Part shown: piece by piece, positions 42,401-55,354 of the stretch
Layout of the letters: each line of letters opens with the position of its first letter
Position numbering within the stretch: the first letter of the stretch is position 1
Origin: Lepidodermella squamata
Lineage: Eukaryota; Animalia; Gastrotricha
Direction of reading: 5' to 3'
Assembly (NCBI GenBank): GCA_047495785.1
Contig: JBLDXI010000001.1
Location: 3,534,001-3,598,000, forward strand
DNA length: 64,000 nucleotides
The notes under the pieces: generated by a model
What the model was told of the DNA's origin: nothing
What the model saw: the letters and a program-made list of their open reading frames with translations, nothing else
Database searches by the model: none
Translations under genes and position numbers: made by a program

Positions 42401-43677
42401 AAAGGATCCGCATCAGTTGCTATGGATGCCATCTACAACATGAGAACTGTAATGTCACTCGGAGCAGAGCCATACTTCCTCGACTCGTTTGACTGCCACT
42501 TCGAGGCAGTGAAAATCAGTTCAATCAAAACAGGGGTCTTGGGCGCTCCTATGGTCACTTTTTCGATGAGTTCGATCCCTTTTGCTGGCGCAATTACATT
42601 CAGTCTGGGATCTTATCTTATGGAGCGAGGCGAAACAACTTTCGCTAATGTCATTCGAATCTACATTCTAATTACCATGTGTGCCTTGGCAGCTGGAAGG
42701 CAAAGCCAAGCTATTCCTGCCGAGGACAAGGCACGTAAATCTGCCAAAAAGCTGCTCGACATTCTCAACTACGAAACTCAGATCGATAAAGACGATCCTA
42801 ACACAGGGGAATCAATCGCAGCGAAAGACCTCGAAAACCGTAAAGCTCTTCTCGCCAAACCATTCATGGGTCGAATCGAATTTAAAGACGTTGAGTTCAG
42901 CTACCCAACCCGGCCAGGCATTAAAATATTGAAAGGAGTTAACTTTGTTGTCGAACCAGGACAGAGCGTTGCGCTTTGTGGTCCTAGCGGAGGCGGCAAG
43001 TCTACGATAATGCAATTAGTCCAGCGATTGTACGACCCGGATGCAGGTTCGATCCTGATCGATGGTGTAGACATTAGGAAGTCAAACATTCGTCTTGTTC
43101 GAAGCAACATTGGCCTTGTGGCCCAAGAACCAAGTCTTTTTGCGTTGAGCGTCAAGGAAAACATTGCTTACGGATCGAAAACTGCCAGCGACTTGCCGAG
43201 TGACGACCAAATATCGAGAGCTTGTCGGCAAGCTAATGTCGTGGGCTTCATGGAAAAACTACCAGATGGTCTTGACACCTTTGTGGGTGAGAGAGGCGCT
43301 CAATTAAGTGGAGGTCAGAAGCAGAGAATAGCCATAGCCAGGTAAGGTTTTCTTTCAGACCGTAATCGAATACATTTATAACTTTTCCTTTAAACAGAGC
43401 TCTTGTGAGGAACCCAGCTATTTTACTGCTGGATGAAGCAACTTCTGCTCTGGACACGGAAAGCGAGCGTATAGTTCAAGAGGCGCTGGATACTGCTTCA
43501 ATGGGTAGGACAAGTTTGGCAATTGCCCATCGCCTTTCCACCATCCAAAATGCGGATAAAATTCTCGTATTGGAACATGGTCGGGTTGCCGAGCAGGGAA
43601 CGCATAGTGAGCTAATGGCCCACGGTGGGGTCTACTATGGCCTCCAGCAAGCTCAGAACTCAGCGAAGAACGCTTGA
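39431..43677 (+). CDS. ABCB1: ABCB1/P-glycoprotein (MDR1-like) full transporter, copy A, ~1,341 aa. Exons 39431-40035, 40093-40518, 40571-42155, 42212-43341, 43398-43677
   Basis: TMD-NBD-TMD-NBD. Walker [10 protein letters not shown] and GPSGGGKST, signature [13 protein letters not shown] twice, Walker [13 protein letters not shown] / [13 protein letters not shown]-loop [12 protein letters not shown]. Four 52-57-nt GT-AG introns with consistent phases (4,026 nt). Confidence 0.93.
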
Positions 43678-44374
43678 TCTGCAATTATATTTACTGACAC
43701 TCGAATTAAACCTATTTAATCGCTCATTTTTGCTGCTTTTGCCCTAAAATTTTGATACTGTGATCCGAAAAGCGACTAGGAGCATTTATCACACCGGTGA
43801 ACATTGTTTGTTATTGTGAATAAATATCTGCTCGTATACCGTAATTTTCGGTTTAAAGGCTGCACCCCGAACACCTGATTAAGCCGGGATTGGCTCTGAG
43901 CTGCCCGCATGTGGCAGCGAAAAAGGTTAAGCACCTTTTTACGCAGTGAATTCCAAACTGGACCAACTCTCGCCCAAATAGAAGCAAACACACACTTTCT
44001 CCCTTAGCAATTTGCCACGGAACCATTGGATTTTGCCACTAAATTTTTAGCACGAACTTGATACGTGGACGATTCCGTGTAGCGTCAATATCTTCCCGAC
44101 GTTTTTTGAACCGGCACTCATTCCCGCGAGGTTATTGCAATCGAGTTGGAAGTTATTAGGTCTTGGGAACTAGCCCAACGAAATCGCGGGTGATTGCTCC
44201 ACGTCCAAAGAAGTAGTTCAGCTCCCTTCGCAACGCGTTGTGGCTACATTCAGCCTACACCAGAAAAAAATCAACCTAATCGGCTTTTAGCTTGTGAATT
44301 CCCCTCAATTAGGGCCTTGGGAGTATCCTAATACACCGATTTTCAAAATGTGTCTGAGTTCTTGCTCAAAAATG

Positions 44375-44449
44375 ACCCCAATTCATCTACCGAAAGCATG
44401 AAATCTGTGTTGGTATCTGAAATTATGCTTTCGGTAAATGAATTGGGGT
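44375..44449. repeat. 25-bp inverted repeat with 25-nt loop
   Basis: ACCCCAATTCATCTACCGAAAGCAT ... ATGCTTTCGGTAAATGAATTGGGGT, one mismatch. Confidence 0.75.
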
Positions 44450-45074
44450 GATTATTACTGGTATAAGGATGAGCGCTCTCGCAGAACTTCGACTCTCGGC
44501 CAATCGTCATCTGATGACCCATGACGAGAACCTTGATCCATTACTTGCTGCCAGTTACAGTCATGCAGGCGCCACGATTGTTCGCCGAGGCAGTGGGTAA
44601 AATCAATATGACCGGACGGACCCTTTTACTCAACTCATTAGCTTTCATTTGCCACGGGGTTTGCCACGGGGTTGAAATGCTGATTGAATATTTACTTGTC
44701 AACCGTCGGGGATCTACATATTGTCGATAAAAGACTGACGGGGCGATAATGCCGGGTACATTTTGTCGGTTCAAAAATGTCGCTAATAAAAAATATATTC
44801 TTAATTAAAATGTTAATGCGCAAGCATCGGTTGGAAAATGTTGAAGAATAAATAATTTTCGATAATGAATTGACGGAGTGAAAAAGTCGGTAAACATAAG
44901 TAGCCGGTTTGCGCAACCGTCGGGAAGATAAGGTCGGTAGACCGACGATTCTCATTATTTTTGCGTCTTCTTTGTCAGCGCTTTAAAACTTGAATTATTT
45001 GTTGAATATTCGACTCATTTTCGCAGCGGTTATGGAAATTTGGAGTCATAAAATAGGATCCACATCTTTATATT

Positions 45075-45505
45075 TATATGTCGTATATAATGTCGACTTT
45101 TATATAATGTTAACTTTACATAGCAAAAGTGCCCTATGTAATGCTGAATTTCATCTCGATTTTTGGAAGCCCTTGGGATCCCAAGTTGACCACAAATTGG
45201 AGTCGGCATCGAGGAATTCGAAAATGATATTTTGAAAGATATACCAATCATCCAAACTACCAAAATGATCGATTTTCGAAAATCGATTCCGATCGACTTT
45301 TCGAATTTAGGCGATATCATCGGCTATTTTTCACCCAAGTGAACAAATAAATTCATTTTCGAATTCCTCGATGCCGACTCCAATTTGTGGTCAACTTGAG
45401 ATCCCAAGGGCTTCCAAAAATCGAGATGAAAATCAGCATTACATAGGGCACTTTTGCTATGTAAAGTTAACATTATATAAAAGTCGACATTATATACGAC
45501 ATATA
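45075..45505. mobile_element. Young foldback/MITE with ~153-bp arms, inserted in TA-rich sequence
   Basis: 45075-45227 is the reverse complement of 45353-45505 with about 2 mismatches; ~125-bp spacer; (TA)n at the right flank. Confidence 0.85.
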
Positions 45506-46251
45506 TATATATACACAATTACCTGGAATCTTATATAGGTAGCCTAATTTTTTTCGCAAAAAACGCCATTCACGCGATTTTCTAGATTAAAATTGATAAA
45601 TTACGCGAAGAAAATTGCCAATATTTCGGCATCGGTATTGAAACACGAGACCGTCACAATGCGAATGACATGCTCTACGAAGGAAATTAAGGACATTTCT
45701 GAATTACCTGAGATTATTGATCTGGCAGAAAAATAATTCAATAAACCACAGTAGTCGTTCATTTTGGCTCGATTTAGAGGCCATAATATGCGTTATTCGA
45801 ATAAATAAGCGAAAGAAAAATAAGAAAAGTAACAAATTAAGAAAAATATCTCAGTAATTTAACTGATATTCATCACCAGCAGTCTTCCACAGCGAATTCG
45901 ATGCAAGTTACTTGTAACCAACGTTCTATAAGGGCCCTGCAAGACGCTGTCGAACTTTTTGTTGCCACGCACCTGTCAATAAATTAGAGAAACAAATGAG
46001 ACTTTGTGAGCGACAATTGAGAGCTAACCTCGCCGAAATAGCAGTTAGTACGACAGTCGACAATTAGCAAAGTGCCCCTCTTGAAACATTGGTAGTAAAA
46101 CTGGAAAAGTAAATCTCGGGCAATTCTCCGAATTTTCCCTTTTTTCCATCTATTAGAAAAAAATAATGTTTTACCGCGTCAGGCAGCGCAGTTGCGCCCA
46201 AAATATAGGAAGGAAATAAAACTGTCTTGACTCCCAAGCTATAGATAGATA

Positions 46252-46680
46252 CCGTATTTCATCGATTAATAGCCTCCCTCGAATAAAAGCCCCCTCGAAT
46301 AATAGCCCGAAATTTTAGGCTATTTTGAGCATTTAAAAGTAAATAATAGCCCCCCTCAAATAATAGCCACGCCATGCCTTGTCCGAAGCAGGTGGCGCGC
46401 TGGAGGAGGGAGGAGGAGGGAAAAAGCTGTCCTAATTGCGTCGCCTTAGACTGCTAAGCGGATTAAAGGTGGTGGACGTAAGCCGTTGTTTGTTGATGCC
46501 GAGGATAATTAGCAGCATGGGTCAAAAAAACAGAGAATTCAACAGCGCAAACGACTTGCGATGATGAAATTGGCCAATTACCGATAAATAATAGCCCCCT
46601 CGAATAATTGCCTCTTTTTTGGACCATTTTCGGAGTTTCGGAAAAAATAGTAGCCATGGCTATTATTTGATGAAATACGG
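46252..46680. mobile_element. Tc1/mariner (pogo/Tigger-like) MITE
   Basis: TA|CCGTATTTCATCGATTAATAGCC ... GGCTATTATTTGATGAAATACGG|TA; internal repeats of AATAGCCCCCTCGAATAA. Confidence 0.85.
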
Positions 46681-46874
46681 TAATATTACAATTACTCGGA
46701 AAACAGGCTCATTGGCGAAAATTTACCCGATCTTCACTCGATAGGCACGCCTCGTCTTTCGGGACACAGCGATTCTGTTTCGTCACCTTGTCCTGGCAAC
46801 GTTCAGCAATCTGTAAGATGAAATTGAAGATGAAAAGCGGATAATCGAACATCGAACTTGAAACGAAACGGAAA

Positions 46875-47200
46875 AGCAGGGTTCAGAAAATAAGAGACCA
46901 AGTCACATCTCACGCGGCCAGAAAAATTTGGAAAAATTAAAAACATCACGGAAATAGAGAAAATATATCAAGTATGTCGCATGTCTCTTGCTAATGGGAT
47001 TTACAAATTCTGGAGAAATTTGGTCCAGCCGGGTAAAATACCGAAAATTTCCGAACCCTCGGGTTTTTCCGGGTTTTCTCCGGTAAATTTTGTATTTCTT
47101 CAGTTAAATCTCGGATAAAAGATAGAGAATTCTCTCGGTAGGACTAATTTAAACAAATAATCATTTGAAAAAATTGATGCGCAACTTTTGGGACACGCCG
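46875..47200. mobile_element. 5'-truncated copy of the mariner-like MITE family also at 58028-58392
   Basis: Shared blocks (TCAAGTATGTC, GGAGAAATTTGGTC..CCGGGTAAAATACCGAAAATT.CCGAACC, CGGATAAAAGAT); ends TGGGACACGCCG|TA. Confidence 0.65.
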
Positions 47201-47943
47201 TAGAAGGATAGGTTTGAAATCTTGAGCAATTTCATTCAACGGTATTTACCTTGCGCCATCGCGAGCTGGCATCCAGTAACAACGACAGCTGCTAGAATAA
47301 AAACTCCGCTCATCATGCTGCCAGCTAAATGGTTGTAGTAGTTTATCAATAAAATCAAGGTTCAGCAGCCGTGTTTATATATCTCATCGACCCCAAAATG
47401 ACCCGATTGCGCAATCACGCGGGTTTTTTGTGCTTTCGACGACGGGAGAGCTCATGCTATAAGGCTTAAAAAAGTTGAATAAAAATCTACGAGTAGATCT
47501 TACTTTTAGAAGTACAATCAGCCCTCGCCGTTTTACACCCGCAGCAAATTTATTTATTTTTCTTCCTGGCATCTCCAGACCTTACGATTCATAAATATTT
47601 TTATTGATGTATAGAGAACGGAGTGATCACTAAGTTCTCTATGGATAGATGAGGATTAGTGCTGTCGAACGAGCCTTAAATCATTGATTTAGGGTTTTCC
47701 AATTTGTGGATATGATGGACATTTTGAAGTCATCATAGTTTTGTCTCACAAATCTTGAAACTTCAAGAAGGATCGTTTGGCAAAATTAGCGCCAGAAGAT
47801 AGCCCTCGGTTACCTTCTCGTCAAACATATCCTCGGTATTCATGATTGGATGCAAAATAATTGCTGCAGAAAAGAGAGTATAAATTCGCTGTGGACCTTC
47901 CAATTTCAAATTTTAATTGATTTGGCATATTTCTGATTTTATC

Positions 47944-48877
47944 GCACATTTCCCCATCCGCCGGTGTTTCCTCCACGCGCGCGCTCCTATTGGCTGGGCG
48001 TTGTTGCGCAACAACTAAGATAATTACAGCCTTCGTGCGCGCCCGCACGGACGAGAGCAAAGACGAACAAAGAGTCAGCGAAATGCTTTCAAGAAAATAA
48101 GAAAAGCTTAAATTTAGGCAGATTTTGTTGTCGAAAAACTTGACAAAATTTGGATTATCATGTATTCTGTTCTTATGTTACGTTATGTTTACCTATCGAT
48201 TGAATAGAAAATAGAAAATAGTGCGCGTGCAAAATTCAAACTTCACCTAACAAATTGCGAAAGCGCGCACCTATGGCACGAGCTATTTTCGGTGAATTTG
48301 GGGTAATTTCATCAAAATATAGCTTGAGACTGTAACCATTTGATTATTTTCGCGCTACGTCGAATTGATTGAAAAATGTTTCTTGCCCTAGAAAGTTTGC
48401 GCGTTTGAAAAGTTACAGTTCATTACAGGGGCCGCTTATGTAGAAGTGGATGTAAAAATTTCTTAGAATGATCAAAACTCAAGCGCTTCTAAAAATGTAG
48501 AAAAATTGCGATTTCATAAAAGCGGCATATTATCATGATGAACCATGGTGGCGCGATTTTATATTGCTTGGAAATATTTTTGAGCGGCCTGTCGATTGTA
48601 AGGCATCATTATTTCTCGCATATCTATTTGCAATTTTTTGAGAACCTTTGCACTAATTGAAAAATGTACTCTCGATGCGCGCGCTTCACATGATATACTG
48701 GACTTGTTCAATTCGAGCTGGCTGACTTGTGGTTTTCTTGTAATTTTGCAGCGCGCGCGTAGAAAGCTGCAATTATTTGTTGCGCAATAAATGCGCGCGA
48801 CGTGCGGTTACGCGTAAATTTAACCAACCAATAGGAATGCGAGCGTGGAGGAAACACCGGCGGATGGGGAAATGTGC
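47944..48877. mobile_element. Non-autonomous Mutator-like (MULE) element
   Basis: TIR GCACATTTCCCCATCCGCCGGTGTTTCCTCCACGC..., imperfect out to ~90 bp. Perfect 9-bp TSD GATTTTATC at 47935-47943 and 48878-48886; G...C termini. Confidence 0.85.
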
Positions 48878-49939
48878 GATTTTATCATTTTACCATCGCT
48901 GTTACTGTGCTCTCGGCGCATTGATTTCCAGTCTCGGTACCTGTTTTGGGGCCGCAACTTTGCCTACAACACACTTTGTAAGAAGAATAATAGAATCCAT
49001 CCCATGGTTCCAAGGTCGATTTTAGGTTCATTCACGGTCAAATGTCTATGAAACCAATCCGTTTTATCAAGTTGCAAAGACAAAGTGGACAACTCGTGGC
49101 CATTATATCTCACTCGAGGATGAACAAACTTCCATAACTCGCACGATTTTCGACTTTCGAAAGTCACCAATTCTACATGTAAAATCAGCCGAATTACCCT
49201 ATAAAATGTATGCATTTTCTAATTTGTGTTTCCATTACCAAACCGTTCTCTGCACAATCTTCGACCGGCCGCAAGTAAAAGCTATTGAGCTCTTCGGGCA
49301 GCCGGCCGCCAATTAAACTGAGACTGGCCGCCGGAAAACCTAGATTACGCAACACTCTGATTATTTAGGGTAACGCAAACATTATGAATTGAAGTAGAGG
49401 TACCATAGTGAAGCGCTCGGTAGGCGACTTTTTGAGAAGGTTATCGATTAGATCATCCAGTTCAGTGGTGTAACCCCAATCGGAGGGCCTGCTTCGGCTT
49501 ACCTATCAAGTTCCATCGTGCAGAGATTTAAGTTTCCAGAGTCCAATGTGGGAATTTTCGGTTCTTAAGCTTCGAGAACCGATACTTCGCTTGCCAGAGT
49601 ATCACAGCGCCACTTGCCGCGCAATCAACGCTGCCATCGTCGAAGCATGACGCCTTCACGTTCCTTTTTAGTCTGACACGGTCACAAAGAGGAACTCGAA
49701 GGCGTGTGGCAGTTCAACATCTGAATCTGAGGGCATAAAGGCTGACGAAAACATTGCCGACTCCTGAGATGCGCGCTCTTATTCGACAGAAACGCGGAGT
49801 CTCGCCGCCGAGCTGTTCACTCCGATGAGCTTTTTCTGCGACCCTGCCGCCGACCCTGTTGTACATCAGCTTCAAGCTCTAGCATCATATGCCACTGGCC
49901 TCCAGCTTGATTCGCCTACCTGAACCGCAGAAATTCAGT

Positions 49940-50360
49940 GTGGGCCAGCGTATGCTAGCGGGGGCAATTGATAACGTAAAGCCTTTCAAGGCCTCTGGGT
50001 TCGATGGTGTCGGAAACGTGCGGTGCCGTCGCAGCGTCTCATCTCGCTATCGCCGATGCCAAGATTTATGAACGAGCCAGGTGTTGGAGGCTCAACATTT
50101 CCTTCCGGACATCTAATACGTCTTTCCGATCATAGGCCACCAGCCGACCGCGTGCATGAGGTCCGCGGTCCGCGGGGACAAGTGAAAGGTGAGCGTTATT
50201 GGCCTCGATGTGAAGGCCGCCTATGACTCAGCTTGGTCCGATGACTTGGTTCATTAGCTTGGCCACCTGCCGCGAAACCTCACTGGATGGCTCGACGATT
50301 TCTTTCTCGATCGGCAGCTCCAGGTTTGTGTTGCCGGTTTCTCTACCGGTCTTCTCGCAA
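49940..50360 (+). mobile_element. Degenerate non-LTR retrotransposon (LINE) reverse-transcriptase remnant
   Basis: Frameshifted RT motifs in the correct order: AIDNVKPFKASGFDGV (KAPGPDG), DHRP (YRPI), IGLDVKAAYDSAW (LDxxKAFDxVW), WLDDFFLDRQLQVCV (WxxSFLxxRxxxV). The remnant may extend upstream to ~49400. Confidence 0.7.
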
Positions 50361-50775
50361 TTTAATACGAATCGAAACGAGTCGGAGACGAGTTGATATG
50401 AGTAAATCGAGTACGGCGAATTTGATATCGTAAAATATCGAATTTGCCAAGTGTAATTTCTTCCATATAGACTTTTATTGCAGCCAAAAATGCTTTAATT
50501 GAATACAGAATATTCACTGGCACACGAGCGGAGATCTCCCAATTTTCTATTACTGCCACGGTTTCGTGTTAGAATTCGGCCATTTACCACTCTGAGAATT
50601 TTTTGCATGGCGGGAACATCGTGATGCGGTCAGGGCACGCACGTTGTAAACCACGCACGCACTAAGACAAAATATGACCGAACAGCCCGACTTCTAAGTT
50701 CATAACATCGCAGTTAATGCGCAAGAAAAAAATGCACGACAAAAAAATGACCGGAGCGATAGACAGACACCTGCC

Positions 50776-50782
50776 TATAAAA
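50776..50782 (+). promoter_or_regulatory. TATA box of ABCB1 copy B
   Basis: TATAAAA ~55 nt before the ATG at 50837, same conserved context as copy A. Confidence 0.6.
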
Positions 50783-50836
50783 ACGGCTGTGTGGTTTGTG
50801 CGCTCACGCCTAAGCTTACTCTTTCCTCGTAGCAAA

Positions 50837-53800
50837 ATGAATAGTTCCAACGAACATGCAGAACAACAAGGTAACTCAAAGTCAGGCGATGATAGCAATC
50901 CCTCGAGCAAAGATTCAGCCAAAGAGCAGCCAAGTAGCAAACGGAAGTATGGGTATTTCCAGATGCTACGTTACGCCGATGCCTGGGACGTTATAATGAT
51001 GCTTATCGGAGCTTTACTAGCACTTGGCCAGGGCGCCGCACTTCCTGGAGCCTTGATATATTTCGGCAAAATCCTGAACGCGATGATAACTTACTCACCA
51101 TGCTGGGATCAACTTAAAGCACACTACTCAAACTCAACGGCCAACGCAACAACGATGATTCCAAGTTCGACTGACATTGTCGAAGACAAATTAAAAAACT
51201 ACGACACCTCTCTTCTGGCTGGGAAGCCGTTGATGGATGTAGTAGGGCCATTGTGCGGCTGGTATGCTTTGATCGGAGCTGGAATGTTTCTAGCTGGATT
51301 CATCCACTGCACGCTTTGGACGATAGCTGGCCAACGGCAGATCCATCGCATTCGCACAAAGCTTTTCCGGGCAATTCTATCGAAGAACATCACTTGGTTT
51401 GACGATCATCGCAGCGGATCCCTAAACCACATCCTGTTCGAGTAAGGTCCAATTCTCAAAACACCTGAGATACTAATTTGCTTTTCATTCAATCGCAGGC
51501 AAATTCGAAAGATGGAAGACGGCATGTGTTCTACTATTTCGCTGACTCTTTCATGGCTGGGAACCTGCATTAGTGGTTACATTGTCGCCTTTGTGACAGA
51601 CTGGCTTGTTTCGATAGTCATCTTTGCGCTGGTTCCGCTCATGTTCCTCGTATCGTTCGCTATGATCAAGCTTGTGCGTACTTACAGCGTGAAGCAATCG
51701 CAAGCTTACAGCGATGCCGGATCCATCGCAAGCGAAGTGATCAACAGTGTTAGAACAGTGCTATCTTTCAACAGGCAAGAATACGAGGTTAATCGGTACA
51801 GAGGACGATTACATCAATCGCGCCGCATGGGTATGATCAAAACGCTGTCCAGTGGAGTTGGCCAAGGCTTGTTGCATCTTATCCTCAATTCAATGGGAGG
51901 GCTGGCGTTTTGGTGGGGCAATGAGTATGTTATTACTATTTATTGATTCTTTAGCAGCTAACACTTCATCCTTTTCAGTCCTCGCGTTTCTCAAGCAGGC
52001 GGCAGTATCATGTCAATAATATTTTGCATGATTATCGGAACAATGGCCCTTGCGAACGCTTCACCCAACTTCGAAGTCATCGCGACAGCAATTGGCGCAG
52101 CTGCTGAAGTTTTAGGCCTAATCGACGATACGTCCGACATCGACAATTTCTCCGAACAAGGGCGTAAACCCGAAAGAACACTGGGCAACATTGAGTTTCA
52201 AAATGTTGCATTCTCGTATCCATCCCGGCCTGATAAGCAGATTCTCAAGTCTTTGAGCCTCAAGGTTGAAAGAGGGATGACTGTCGCTCTAGTTGGGCCT
52301 TCAGGGTGTGGCAAATCGACTATAATTCAAATGTTGCTTAGGTTCTACGACGCGACTGGTGGGAAAGTAACGCTCGATGGAGTAGATATCAAGGACCTAA
52401 ACATCCGTTGGCTTCGTCGGCAGATCGGCTTGGTCAGCCAGGAGCCAGTCCTTTTCAACTTGACATTGCGGGAAAATATTCGCCTTGGAGCTCTCGATCA
52501 GGAGAATGTATCAGACGAGCAAATAATAGAAGCTGCCAAGCTGGCGAATGCCCACAATTTCATTAGTACGCTGCCAGAAGGATACGACACGATGGTCGGC
52601 GAGAGGGGCGCTCAGTTGTCTGGTGGTCAGAAGCAGCGTATCGCAATCGCCCGAGCTTTAGTTTCCAACCCTAAAATATTGGTCCTCGATGAGGCAACCA
52701 GCGCCTTGGATACAGCTAGCGAAAAAGTTGTGCAAGAAGCCCTTGACAAGGCCCGAGTCGGGCGTACAACCTTGGTCATCGCTCATCGCCTGTCCACAAT
52801 TCAAAACGCTGACATCATTTGTGTCATCGACGGCGGAGTTGTAGCTGAGTTGGGAAATCACGAAGCTCTAGTGAAACAACATGGATTATACCATCGCCTA
52901 GTCCATAGCCAGCAAAGTGAAGAGAAGGATGAAGAGGCCGATACAGTTGACTTCGATCAAGTTGTCGTGTCTTCGGACTACAACGAACACCAAGACCTGA
53001 GGCACTCATCGAAAGCTCGGAAAAGTACGCAAAAATCTATTCGAGCTTCTGCCCGAGGTGCTGCGCCAAAATCTGAGCATGAATTGGAGGAAGGTAAATC
53101 AGCTGGAGCTGAAGGAGATAAATCAGGGAAGAAAGATCCGCCGAACTCTGAGCCAGGGTCATTCAAACTCATGGGTACAGTGTTGAATTGGAGCCGGCCG
53201 GAGCTTGGCTACATTATTGCATGCTCAATCGTGGCATTTATTACCGGAGGCGTTCAGCCAGGATTCGCCATTCTCATATCTGAATTTTTGGGAAATTTCT
53301 GCCCGAATGACAACAAGAAAACTTTCGACATGCTGATTGGGGTGACAGTTGCTATCGGAGCTATTCATGCTATTCTCTTGTCTTTGGAGCATTGGCTATT
53401 TGCTATAATTGGGGAGAGACTAACCGAACGAATGCGATGCAAAGTTCTCGGCAAAATTCTCCGCATGGACGCTGCTTGGCTCGACAGACAAGAAAATCAG
53501 CCGTCTGCTCTTACAACAATCTTGGCAACAGATTGTCTCGATATTCAAGGCGTGAGTTAGTCTACAATATTTCTCTAACAAAATTAATGACTTTTATACA
53601 AAAACAGATATCGGGCATTCGTATCAGCGTCACCATCACGACATTTGTCATCCTCGGAATTGCCGTAATCTATTCCCTCGTGCTAGACTACCGCGTAGCA
53701 TTAGCTCTTCTCGGACTCATGCCTTTCATTGTTATTGCCTCGATAGCCTATTCTCGTTTCGTAATCCAAGGTTCGCGAGCAACTGAAGGCTCCAGCAAAG

Positions 53801-55073
53801 GATCCGCATCAGTTGCTATGGATGCCATCTGCAACATGAGAACTGTCATGTCGCTCAGAGCTGAGCCCTACTTCCTCAAATCTTTTGACCGGCATTTCGA
53901 GACTGTGAAGATAAGTTCTATCAAAACAGGGACTGTCGGTGCTCCTCTGATTACCTTTCCGATGTGCTCGATCCTCTTTGCCGGCGCTATTACATTCAGT
54001 CTGGGATCTTATCTCATGCAGCGCGGCGAAACATCTTTCGCTAATGTCATTCGCATCTACATTCTTATCACCATGTGTGCCATGGCAGCTGGAAGGCAAA
54101 GCCAAGCTATTCCTCCGGAGGAAAAGGCACGCAAATCTGCCAAAAAGCTGCTCGACATTCTCAACTACGAAACTCAGATCGATAAAGACGATCCTAATAC
54201 GGGTGAATCTATTGCTGCGAAAGACCTTGAGAACCGCAAAGCTCTTCTCGCTATGCCTTTCATGGGTCGAATCGAATTTAAAGACGTTGAATTCAGCTAC
54301 CCAACCCGGCCTGGTATTAAAGTATTGAAAGGAGTTAACTTTGTCGTCGAACCTGGACAGAGCGTGGCACTTTGTGGTCCTAGCGGAGGCGGCAAGTCTA
54401 CAATAATGCAATTAGTCCAGCGGCTGTACGACCCGGATTCAGGTTCGATCCTGATCGATGGTGTAGACATTAGGAAGTCAAACATTCGTCTTGTTCGAAG
54501 CAACATCGGCCTTGTGGCCCAAGAACCAAGTCTTTTCGCGTTGAGCGTCAAGGAAAATATTGCTTACGGATCGAAAACTGCCAGCGACTTGCCGAGTGAT
54601 GATCAAATATCGAGATCTTGCCGGCAAGCGAATGTCGTGGGCTTCATGGAAAAACTACCAGACGGTCTTGATACCTTTGTGGGCGAGAGAGGCGCCCAAT
54701 TGAGTGGAGGGCAGAAGCAGAGAATAGCCATAGCCAGGTAAGGTTTTCTTTCAGACTGTAATCGAATACATTTATGACTTTTCTTTATAACAGAGCTCTT
54801 GTGAGGAACCCAGCTATTTTACTGCTGGATGAAGCAACTTCTGCTCTGGACACGGAAAGCGAGCGCATAGTTCAAGAGGCGCTGGATACTGCTTCAATGG
54901 GTAGGACAAGCTTGGCAATTGCCCATCGCCTTTCGACCATCCAAAATGCGGATAAAATTCTTGTGCTTGAGCAAGGTCGGGTTGCCGAGCAGGGAACGCA
55001 TAGTGAGCTTATGGCCCACGGTGGCGTCTACTATGGCCTTCAACAAGCTCAGAACTCGGCCAAGCACGCTTGA
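50837..55073 (+). CDS. ABCB1: ABCB1/P-glycoprotein (MDR1-like) full transporter, copy B, ~1,337 aa. Exons 50837-51441, 51499-51924, 51979-53551, 53608-54737, 54794-55073
   Basis: Same motifs and intron positions as copy A; 12-nt in-frame deletion in the linker; frame intact (4,014 nt). Confidence 0.93.
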
Positions 55074-55354
55074 TCTGCGTTTAAAAGATAGTAAACTCGA
55101 ACGATTTAACTCGAACTATCGCTCATTTTCGCTGCTTTTGCCCTGAAATGTTGATTTTGATACTGTGATCGAAAAAGCGCCTAGACTAAACCGGTGAAAA
55201 TGCTTTTGCTATTGTGAATAAATATCTGCCTTATACGGGTGTAATTTTCAGTATGATGGTTGCACCCGCCCGACACCTTAGCATTTCGCTGCACACCCGT
55301 TGAAGTTAAAAGGGGTGACAAATGCCTTGTTACGCCGTGAACTAAAATCTGAAG

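Noticed and set aside
44990-45518. Two near-identical ORFs on opposite strands (81 aa and 64 aa)
   Set aside because: Artefact of the foldback element arms; the same applies to ORF pairs at 32978/33543, 47821/48845 and 36129/56127.
45520-45722. Possible 14-nt and 21-nt micro-exons on the minus strand
   Set aside because: AG...GTAAT patterns are present but I could not connect them into a frame; too weak without reads.
39431-55073. Horizontal (bacterial or fungal) origin of the ABCB1 genes
   Set aside because: Typical eukaryotic full-transporter architecture with short spliceosomal introns like other host genes here; nothing in the sequence supports HGT without a phylogeny.
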